From an uncultured Gemmatimonadaceae bacterium (GTDB taxonomy: Bacteria; Gemmatimonadota; Gemmatimonadetes; Gemmatimonadales; Gemmatimonadaceae), in assembly GCA_963761305.1 (NCBI GenBank), contig CAVXGK010000001.1:64001-128000 (forward strand): a stretch of 64,000 nucleotides of DNA, written 5' to 3'. How positions within the stretch are numbered: position 1 is the stretch's first letter; every line of letters starts with the position of its first letter. A program made the position numbers and the translations under genes. Shown piece after piece: positions 56,677 to 64,000 of the stretch. Under the pieces are notes generated by a model, which did no database searches, was not told the origin of the DNA, and worked only from the letters and a program-made list of their open reading frames with translations.

Positions 56677-58560
56677 TCAGCGGTAGCCGGCAGCCTGCAT
56701 CGCAAACAATTCCGCGTAGAGTCCGCCAGCCAAGACCAATTCGTCGTGCGTTCCCTGCTCGACGATCTCGCCCTTCGTGAGCACGACGATGCGATCGGCC
56801 ATGCGCACCGTCGAGAAACGATGCGAGATGACGACCGCCATGCGCCCCGCCATCAGCGCGTTAAATCGCACGAAAACGTCATACTCGGCCCGCGCGTCGA
56901 GCGCGGCGGTGGGCTCGTCGAGAATCAATAGCTGCGCGTCGCGCATGTACGCTCTGGCGAGCGCGACCTTTTGCCACTCCCCGCCCGAGAGGTCGACGCC
57001 GTCGTCGAAGCGTCGCCCGAGCATTTGCCGATACGACTGTGGCAGCCTCGGCAGGAGCGACGCGGCAAGTGACTTCTCCGCGGCGCGCGCAATCGACTCC
57101 GGCGGCGTGCCGTTGGTCTCCGACGTTTCGGCGTCGAGATATTGTCGCACGTCTTCGACTTCGCCCACGCCCACGTTCTCGTCGAAGCGCATGTCGTAGC
57201 GAACGAAGTCCTGGAAGATCACGCCAATCGTGTGCCGGACTTGGTCGAGGTCGTACTCGCGGAGGTCGACGCCGTCGAGGAGGATTCGTCCTTCGGTCGG
57301 TTCGTAGAGGCGCGCCAACAGCTTGGTGAGCGTCGTCTTGCCCGCGCCGTTCTCGCCGACGAGCGCCACGCGCTCGCCCGGCAAGAGCGAGAACGACAGA
57401 TGCCGAACCGCCCAATGCTCGCTGCCGGGATACTTGAAGCCGACGTCGTCGAAAACGAATCCGCGTCGGATCGGTCTCGGCACGGCCAGCGCGCCGGGCT
57501 GGCTGCGAATCGTCGGCTTCATGTCGAAGAAGTCGAACAGGTCCTTGAGGTAGAGACTCTGCTCGTAGATGCCGCTCGCAGACATGAGCAGCGATTGGAT
57601 CAGATCGCGGCTCTGCCGGAATGACGATGCGAGAAAGGTGAGCGTGCCGATCGAGATCGCGCCGACGATCGCGCGCAGCAACACGACCACATAGGCGGCG
57701 TAGTAGCCCGCCGTTCCAAGCAGCGAGAGCGCCGAGCTGACGCCGGCTTTCTTGAGCGAGAGCGAGCGGTTCTCGTCGTAGAAGCGATCCGACAGCACGC
57801 GATAGCGCTCGATGAGCCACGGGGCGAGCCCGAACAGCTGCACCTCTTTCGCCGTCCGGTCGCTCGCGCCGACGAAGCGCACGTAGTCGAGCTGCCGCCG
57901 CTGGGGCGTCCAGCGGAACAGCAGCGCGTACGACAGCGCCGCGAAGTGCGTCTCGCCGAGGAAGCTGGGGAGCACGGCCAGGACGAGCAGGACGAGGAGC
58001 CATGGCGCCTGGGCGGCTAGCGCGACGCTCAGCGAGGCCAGCGTGAGCAGGCTCTGCCCCATGCCCAGCAGCTGAGTGAGCAAGGCCACTCGGCCGGACG
58101 TGCCCTGCCGGGCGCGCTCGAGGTGGTCGTAGAAGGCCGGGTCCTCGAACTGGTGCAGGTCGAGCGTGGCGGCGTGTTCCATGAGCCGGATGCTCATCCG
58201 GTTCGTGAAGCGGTCGGCGAGGAGCGATTCGATCAGTCCGGACGTTCGCGCCAACAACTCCCCCGTGACGACCGTAGCCATTTCGAGCGCAACGAGGGAC
58301 CACAGGTGGTGAGACGACCCACCGGATCGTGCCAACCGAATCACCTCATCGATGATCAGCTTCCCGACCCAGAGCGTCGCGACGGGCACAAAGGATCGTA
58401 TCGCGCGGAGCACGATCATCGCCGTGGTGTATCCGCGGTGTGTCTCCCAAACGAGCCCGATGAGCCGCGGGACCAGCCGCATCGCGGCAAGGCGTTCGCG
58501 GAGCGGCGGCTTCGGCGCGCCGGAATCCGAACGCCCTCGCACGATCATGGGATGAGCCAT
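56677..58560 (-). CDS. ABC transporter, fused permease/ATP-binding
   Basis: GENGAGKTT, LSGGEWQKVALAR, LDEPTAALD, SHRFST; start at MAHPM. Confidence 0.95.
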   Translation of the reverse strand: MAHPMIVRGRSDSGAPKPPLRERLAAMRLVPRLIGLVWETHRGYTTAMIVLRAIRSFVPVATLWVGKLIIDEVIRLARSGGSSHHLWSLVALEMATVVTGELLARTSGLIESLLADRFTNRMSIRLMEHAATLDLHQFEDPAFYDHLERARQGTSGRVALLTQLLGMGQSLLTLASLSVALAAQAPWLLVLLVLAVLPSFLGETHFAALSYALLFRWTPQRRQLDYVRFVGASDRTAKEVQLFGLAPWLIERYRVLSDRFYDENRSLSLKKAGVSSALSLLGTAGYYAAYVVVLLRAIVGAISIGTLTFLASSFRQSRDLIQSLLMSASGIYEQSLYLKDLFDFFDMKPTIRSQPGALAVPRPIRRGFVFDDVGFKYPGSEHWAVRHLSFSLLPGERVALVGENGAGKTTLTKLLARLYEPTEGRILLDGVDLREYDLDQVRHTIGVIFQDFVRYDMRFDENVGVGEVEDVRQYLDAETSETNGTPPESIARAAEKSLAASLLPRLPQSYRQMLGRRFDDGVDLSGGEWQKVALARAYMRDAQLLILDEPTAALDARAEYDVFVRFNALMAGRMAVVISHRFSTVRMADRIVVLTKGEIVEQGTHDELVLAGGLYAELFAMQAAGYR

Positions 58561-58581
58561 CGGGACAAAGTTACCGCGGAC

Positions 58582-59184
58582 CTGGCGGAGACAGGGGATT
58601 CGGCGGGGTCCCCAAACGCTCCGGGCGCGGGGGCTGTAGCACCGGCAGCGGAGGATGAGCGCTCGATCGTCGACCGGGTCCAGCGGGGCGACGTCGCCGC
58701 TTTCGACGCGCTCGTGCGCCGCTACATCGATCGGGCGCTCGTCGTCGCCAGACGAATCACCGGCAACACGCACGACGCAGAGGATTTGGTGCAGGATGCG
58801 TTCATGCGGGCGCTCGACCGGATCGGCAGCTTCGACAACACACGTCCATTCGGACCGTGGTTCTTTCGCGTACTCACCAACACAGGGCTGAACGCCCGTC
58901 GCGCGCGCGTGCTGCGCATGACGGAGCCGGAAGCCGTCGACGCGCCGTCGAGCGACGCGCTGCCGGACGAGGTGGTGGAGCGCCACGAGATCCGCGAACG
59001 GTTCGACGCCGCCTTGGCGTCGCTTTCACCGAGGCAGCGATTGATCGTCACTCTGTTCGAGGTGGACGAGGTACCTTCGTCCGAGATCGCCGCGCGATTG
59101 GGTATTGCGCAGGAGACGGTTCGGTGGCATTTGCATCAGGCACGACTCCTCTTGCGCCAAGCGCTGGGAATCGTAAGAGATTGA
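58582..59184 (+). CDS. ECF sigma-70 factor
   Basis: GDVAAFDALV, DAEDLVQDAF, FGPWFFRV, EIAARLG..TVRWHLHQAR; start codon unclear (CTG 58582 or ATG 58552). Confidence 0.9.
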   Translation: MAETGDSAGSPNAPGAGAVAPAAEDERSIVDRVQRGDVAAFDALVRRYIDRALVVARRITGNTHDAEDLVQDAFMRALDRIGSFDNTRPFGPWFFRVLTNTGLNARRARVLRMTEPEAVDAPSSDALPDEVVERHEIRERFDAALASLSPRQRLIVTLFEVDEVPSSEIAARLGIAQETVRWHLHQARLLLRQALGIVRD

Positions 59185-59203
59185 GACGGCAACGGAGACC
59201 GGA

Positions 59204-59635
59204 GTGACGCCGATGCGCTCTTCCTCACCGCACGAGCCGCTGGATCGCGATCCGCCGCGAGACGCCGCGCTGGCCGCGGAGCTCGTGCGCCACGACGCGA
59301 TCGCGACGGACACCGACGCGCTTCGCGCCGCGATCACGGCGAGTGCGCGCCAGCGCCTGGCTCGTCTCGAGGCAGGTTCCGGCGACGCCTGGTGGGAGTG
59401 GACGGCACGGTGGGGTCACGCGGCGATTCCGATCGCGTGCGCCGCGGCCGTCATCGGCGTCGCCGCCACGACGATGCTCGCGCTGCCCGCCGTCGAGGAG
59501 CAGCAGATGCTTCGCGCACCGGTGGTCGCCTTCGCGACCGTCGCGTCGCCCGCCGAGTCCGGAACGCAGCTCATGGATTCGCTCGTCGGCCCGGCGACGC
59601 ACGACTGGGTGCTGAACGGGGCCGTCGCTCGATGA
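59204..59635 (+). CDS. Putative anti-sigma membrane protein
   Basis: Single TM, directly downstream of the ECF sigma. Confidence 0.6.
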   Translation: MTPMRSSSPHEPLDRDPPRDAALAAELVRHDAIATDTDALRAAITASARQRLARLEAGSGDAWWEWTARWGHAAIPIACAAAVIGVAATTMLALPAVEEQQMLRAPVVAFATVASPAESGTQLMDSLVGPATHDWVLNGAVAR

Positions 59636-60090
59636 GCGGTCGCGGGACCGCTGCCGTCGTTCTCGCGCTGTGCGTCTCGGTGGGCGTGATCGGTGGAGTC
59701 GTGCTCGATCGCGTGCTGTTGATCCCGCATCACATCGGCCGGCGTGCGCCGCGCGGCGCACGTCCTGTGTGGCCGGCCAGTCAAGAAGCGTCGCGCGACC
59801 GCCTGGCCAGAGAGCTCGCCCTCAGCGACGCGCAGCGCACGCAGCTCGATTCGGTGCTGTCACGCCAGACGGCGCGCTTCCGCGCGACGCGCGAGCAGAT
59901 TCAGCCGCAGATGGACAGCATCTTCGAGCAGACGCGCGCGCAGATCGATTCGATGCTGACGCCACCGCAGCGCGAACAGCTCAAGACGATTCGCGACCGG
60001 AACGTCTTTGGCTTTCCGCCGGGGCTGGGCCCGAGACCAGGAGATTCGTCGCGGCCGAGGCGGAGAGGTCGGACGGGCGGCGGCGGGTAG
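59632..60090 (+). CDS. Spy/CpxP-like periplasmic helical protein
   Basis: ELALSDAQ and MLTPPQRE motifs; ATGA overlap. Confidence 0.7.
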   Translation: MSGRGTAAVVLALCVSVGVIGGVVLDRVLLIPHHIGRRAPRGARPVWPASQEASRDRLARELALSDAQRTQLDSVLSRQTARFRATREQIQPQMDSIFEQTRAQIDSMLTPPQREQLKTIRDRNVFGFPPGLGPRPGDSSRPRRRGRTGGGG

Positions 60091-60230
60091 CGAGGAGTGC
60101 GGTGGCGGGGTGCGGAGAACTGGGACGGGTGCGGTGGCGGGGTGCCGAGGCTTGGGACGTGCGACGGGCGGAGTCGGGGGAAAGAGCTCCCGCCCGTTTA
60201 GCGGTCCACCGGTCCACCGGTCCACCTGCT

Positions 60231-61013
60231 TTACACCCACCCTCTCACCCAATACTCGACCATCGCCAGCTGCTCGTAGAGCCAATCGGCCGTGGCGAGG
60301 AGGCGCGTCGTCGGGGATTCGAAGGTGCGGACGGAGTAGAGTCGCTCTTCCGACGGCACGCAGGTGACTCGGAATCCGACCTTCTCGAACGTGCGACACG
60401 CGCGGCGCGTGTGGAGTGGGCTCGTCACCACGGCGATGCGGCGTTGGTCGAGAGGAATGAGGACTGCCGCGGTCTGGACGGCTTCGTCGTGCGTCGTGTG
60501 CACGGGACCGACGGCGTGCCAGCGCGCTGTGTCGGCGGCGAGATCGATGAGACGGCGATGGTCGACGTCTGGTTCCATGCGCCGGTCAGAGCGCGATACA
60601 CCGTTGCGCGTCGTGACGAGCAGCCGCGCTCCGTTGTCGCGAAACACGGCGAGGCCGGTGAGCAGGCGCTCGACGGCGGCGGGATCGAGCAGGCTGTCGT
60701 CGCTCACGCCTGACGACAGCACGACGACCGCGTCCAGTCGCTCGGCGGGAATCGAGTCGCGGCGAATCCACGAATGCACCGGAACTCGCATGACTGGCGT
60801 GAAGGCGAGGATCGCGACGATCGCGGCGACGACGGTGCACACCCAGGCGATCCTGCGAGGCAGTGCGAATCCACCGAGCAAACCGCCGATCACCACGGCG
60901 AGCGTCGCGGCGAGCGAGGCGCTGCCGATGGGCCGCGGAAAGTTGGTGGCGAGAAACGTCAGCGTGCCGAGAAGGCCGAGGGACGCGCCGATGAGCGCGC
61001 CGATGCGATTCAT
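60231..61013 (-). CDS. YdcF/ElyC (DUF218) family protein
   Basis: DAVVVLSSG, TTHDEA, VVTSPLHTRRA, YEQLA. Confidence 0.88.
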   Translation of the reverse strand: MNRIGALIGASLGLLGTLTFLATNFPRPIGSASLAATLAVVIGGLLGGFALPRRIAWVCTVVAAIVAILAFTPVMRVPVHSWIRRDSIPAERLDAVVVLSSGVSDDSLLDPAAVERLLTGLAVFRDNGARLLVTTRNGVSRSDRRMEPDVDHRRLIDLAADTARWHAVGPVHTTHDEAVQTAAVLIPLDQRRIAVVTSPLHTRRACRTFEKVGFRVTCVPSEERLYSVRTFESPTTRLLATADWLYEQLAMVEYWVRGWV

Positions 61014-61240
61014 GCGCGCGTGCTTGCGCGCGCCGTGCAGGTAGGTCGGGGTCTTCAGTGGTCGAGCCTCGTGGAAACGTCTCGAATGTGTCCTAGCACG
61101 ACGAGCGAGCGGCGCGAGTGTCCCGGACCAATCGTAGTCCGAGCGCGCGCTCCCGCGCGTCCTAGTGACTTCGGCAGGGCGCGACTATTATTCGAGACGC
61201 GCCGCGATCCGGGGGGAAGTCGAGAAAGGGCGCGGGGTTT

Positions 61241-61331
61241 GGGGAGGTGGCCGAGAGGCTGAAGGCGGCGGTTTGCTAAACCGTTATACGGGCTTAAACC
61301 CGTATCGAGGGTTCGAATCCCTCCCTTCCCG
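61241..61331 (+). tRNA. tRNA-Ser(GCT)
   Basis: GGGGAGG/CCTTCCC acceptor, GCGGT-TTGCTAA-ACCGT, long variable arm, GGTTCGAATCC. Confidence 0.97.
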
Positions 61332-61336
61332 TGCAC

Positions 61337-61375
61337 ACGACGGCGAGCCCGCAACCGGCGGGCTCTCGTCGTTTT
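61337..61375 (+). terminator. Hairpin/terminator after tRNA-Ser(GCT)
   Basis: ACGACGGCGAGCCCGC..GCGGGCTCTCGTCGT followed by TTT. Confidence 0.6.
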
Positions 61376-61396
61376 AAGCATCTCGAACGGCACGTC

Positions 61397-62848
61397 ATGG
61401 CACATCGTCTTCGATTCGCTCCGTCGCCGACGGGGTACCTCCACGTCGGCAGCGCCCGCACGGCGCTCTTCAATTGGCTCTACGCCAAGCACTACGGCGG
61501 ACAGTTCCTGCTGCGCGTCGAAGACACTGATCGCGCGCGCAGTACGGACGAGAGCACGCGGGCAATTTTCGAAGGCCTCAATTGGCTCGGATTGAAGTGG
61601 GACGAAGAGGTCGTGTACCAGGGCGCGAACCTCGCTCGGCATCAAGCGGACACGGCGCGCCTCATCGAGGCGGGCAACGCGTACCGCTGCTTTTGCACGC
61701 CCGCCGAGCTCGACGAGATGCGGAAAGCCGCCGAGTCGCGCGGTGACGCGTTTCGGTATGACGGACGCTGCGCGCGCTTGTCGAACGACGAGGTGGCGCG
61801 TCGCGTGGCCGCCGGAATGCCGTTCGCGATTCGCTTTCGCATGCCGGAGGGCGTGACGTCGTGGACGGATCTTGTCCACGGGAAGATCACGTTCGCCAAC
61901 AAGGACATCGGCGAGGGCGACTTCATCATCCTTCGCTCCGACGCGACACCAATCTACAACCTGGCCGTCGTGTCGGACGACATCGCGATGGGGATCACGC
62001 TCGTGATGCGCGGCGACGATCACATCTCGAACACGCCGAAGCAGATCCTGCTCTACCAGGCGCTCGGCGCGTCGCTGCCCGAGTTCGCGCACCTGCCGAT
62101 GATCCACGGCCTGGACGGCAAGAAGCTGAGCAAGCGGCACGGCGCGACCGCCGTGGCCGACTATCAACACATGGGAATTCTGCCCGACGCGATGCTCAAC
62201 TTCCTCGCGCTGCTCGGCTGGTCGCCGGGCGGCGACGTCGAGGTGATGACCGTGCAGCAGATGATCCAGGCGTTCTCGGTCGAGGGATTGTCGAAGAACG
62301 CCGCTGTGTTCGATACGAAGAAGCTCGAGTGGATGAACGGCCAGCATCTGAGCATGATCGCCGCCGCGGATCTGGCGCCGGTGGTGGGTCGCGCGATCGT
62401 CGCCGCGGGACTCGCCGGCGACGGCGACTTGGCCGAGCGAGAGGCGTGGTTCCTCGGTCTCATCGATCTGCTCAAGGTGCGCGCGCGCACGGTCGACGAC
62501 ATGGTGCGTCAGGCCGCGCCGTACTTGCTGGACGACATCACCTACGACGAAGACGCGGTCGCGAAGACGTGGAAGGACGCCACGGGAACGCACGACGTCC
62601 TCGCCGCGACGCGCAAGGCGCTCGCCGACGCGCCGGCGTGGGACGCGGTCGCGTTGGAAGGAGAGCTGCGCGCGCTGGCGGACTCGCGCGGCATCGGCGC
62701 GGGGAAGCTGTTTCAGCCGCTGCGCGTGGCCCTCACGGGCGTGACGGCGAGCCCGGGCATCTTCGACGTGCTTGTGTTGTTGGGGCGCGATCGCTCGCTG
62801 GCGCGGCTCGACGCGGCGATGGCGTGGCTGTCGGCCGGCGCGCGCTGA
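61397..62848 (+). CDS. gltX: Glutamate--tRNA ligase
   Basis: RFAPSPTGYLHVG, LRVEDTD, RGDDH, KKLSKR, PLRVALTG. Confidence 0.97.
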   Translation: MAHRLRFAPSPTGYLHVGSARTALFNWLYAKHYGGQFLLRVEDTDRARSTDESTRAIFEGLNWLGLKWDEEVVYQGANLARHQADTARLIEAGNAYRCFCTPAELDEMRKAAESRGDAFRYDGRCARLSNDEVARRVAAGMPFAIRFRMPEGVTSWTDLVHGKITFANKDIGEGDFIILRSDATPIYNLAVVSDDIAMGITLVMRGDDHISNTPKQILLYQALGASLPEFAHLPMIHGLDGKKLSKRHGATAVADYQHMGILPDAMLNFLALLGWSPGGDVEVMTVQQMIQAFSVEGLSKNAAVFDTKKLEWMNGQHLSMIAAADLAPVVGRAIVAAGLAGDGDLAEREAWFLGLIDLLKVRARTVDDMVRQAAPYLLDDITYDEDAVAKTWKDATGTHDVLAATRKALADAPAWDAVALEGELRALADSRGIGAGKLFQPLRVALTGVTASPGIFDVLVLLGRDRSLARLDAAMAWLSAGAR

Positions 62849-62863
62849 GCGCGCCGGCTCACG

Positions 62864-63784
62864 TCACGGAATGATCGGCGACTGCGCCTTCGTCTTGTCC
62901 TTGTCGGCGTCGGTGTGCTCGCGATCCATGCGCTCGCGAATGCGCTTCACGGCGGACCGGAAGTCGTCTTCGCTCATCCCCTGCGAGTGCGAGTAGATGT
63001 CGTTCTGAATCCAGTCGGCGTTGCGCGCTTCGGTGATACGCGAACCTTCCACGCCGCCGCGGTTGAGCGGTAGCGCGGCGAGAATCGCCGACGGAATCTT
63101 GAACTTGCCCAGGTAGATGTACTGCGAATCGAGACCGTACTTCTGGCCGTCGTGCGACATCGTCCAGTCGCGCGGACTGCGGCCGCGGTGCTCCGCCGCC
63201 TCGATCTCCGCCTCGCGGTAGGCGAGGTAGATGGCCTTCACGGCGCTGTCGTTCTTCTGCGCCATCGAGAGCGGCAGTCGCAGGGTGCTGGGACGTAGAT
63301 CGATGCGCGGGTCGGGGAGCGCCGGCTCGACGCCCGTGGCGAAGCCCGTCGGAGCGCCGCCCGTGCCGCCGGGTGTTCCTGAAATCGCGCCTGGACTCAC
63401 CGACGGCGGCGGAAGCGGCGGCAGCGCGGTCGGAATCATCGACGGCGGCAGCAGCGGCGCGGGATTCAACTTCTGCTTCGGCTTCACGCGCGTGTCCGAC
63501 CCGTTGCCCACGCGCTGGCTCGCGGCGGCGGCCGGCGCGACGCGCACGTACTGAATGCGCTCGCGCGGCATCGTGTCGCGATCCGTGTTGAACAGCGACA
63601 AGAACGGATAGCGGAACGTGATCGACGCGATGGCGAAGATCACGAAGACGTGAATGCCCAGCGAGAGGACGATGGACCGTTTGTCTCTCTTGGGCGGCGC
63701 GATGATCGCGAGCCGCTCGTGCTGGCGCGTCGACGCCTTCACCGGCGCCACTGCCTTCGTCGGCTCTTGATCGACGCGCTTCAT
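62864..63784 (-). CDS. Hypothetical membrane-anchored Pro-rich protein
   Basis: SLGIH TM anchor (TonB-like), Pro-rich linker, DWT..KYGLD..LGKFKIP. Confidence 0.75.
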   Translation of the reverse strand: MKRVDQEPTKAVAPVKASTRQHERLAIIAPPKRDKRSIVLSLGIHVFVIFAIASITFRYPFLSLFNTDRDTMPRERIQYVRVAPAAAASQRVGNGSDTRVKPKQKLNPAPLLPPSMIPTALPPLPPPSVSPGAISGTPGGTGGAPTGFATGVEPALPDPRIDLRPSTLRLPLSMAQKNDSAVKAIYLAYREAEIEAAEHRGRSPRDWTMSHDGQKYGLDSQYIYLGKFKIPSAILAALPLNRGGVEGSRITEARNADWIQNDIYSHSQGMSEDDFRSAVKRIRERMDREHTDADKDKTKAQSPIIP

Positions 63785-64000
63785 GCGACCTCCGCGGTCA
63801 TCGATGCCAGTACTTTGCCCGCGCGTCGCGCCGCCTCGGCGATTCGCTCAGGCGACGTCACGAACGAGATGCGGAAGAACCCTTCCCCACCAGCACCGAA
63901 CGCCGAGCCAGGCATGACGACCACTCCTTCCTCCTCCAAGAGACGATCGGCGAAGAGCGCGCTCGGCACTTCGCCCGGGAGGGGGATCCATAAATACATA
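63781..64000 (-). CDS. PLP-dependent aminotransferase class I/II, C-terminal fragment (LL-DAP aminotransferase-like)
   Basis: MYLW, GVVVMPGSAFGAGGEGFFRIS; truncated by window edge. Confidence 0.85.
   Translation of the reverse strand, partial: MYLWIPLPGEVPSALFADRLLEEEGVVVMPGSAFGAGGEGFFRISFVTSPERIAEAARRAGKVLASMTAEVA

Overview
High-GC bacterial chromosomal segment; gene content and paralog style suggest a Gemmatimonadota-like organism (inference). Positions 1-34.9 kb and 50.1-64 kb are mostly housekeeping or ordinary: hybrid histidine kinase, typA, CDF and CNNM/TlyC transporters, DUF58-BatA-mfd-PPIase-surA-pdxA operon, lepA, a stress-gene patch, waaF-ROK-DUF2723, menC, exosortase-EpsI, ECF sigma trio, tRNA-Ser(GCT), gltX. 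The accessory part starts at tRNA-Ser(TGA) (34946-35028). Its 3' half is repeated at 36380-36438 and, degenerately, at 50055-50104, outlining two tandem integrase-less islands. The 13.7-kb second island holds the main discovery candidate: a split-borosin pair (112-aa precursor plus OphA/SonM-type alpha-N-methyltransferase) abutting a convergent operon for a double beta-propeller protein, a class II terpene cyclase and an isoprenyl-diphosphate-synthase-fold enzyme, next to an ADOP-type permease. This is a putative N-methylated and (cyclo)prenylated RiPP system. The island also carries an 18 x 21-bp hairpin array with compensatory changes and a 39-bp inverted-repeat element. A 6S-like RNA candidate and several dispersed short-repeat families are also visible. 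All calls were made by eye, without database searches.
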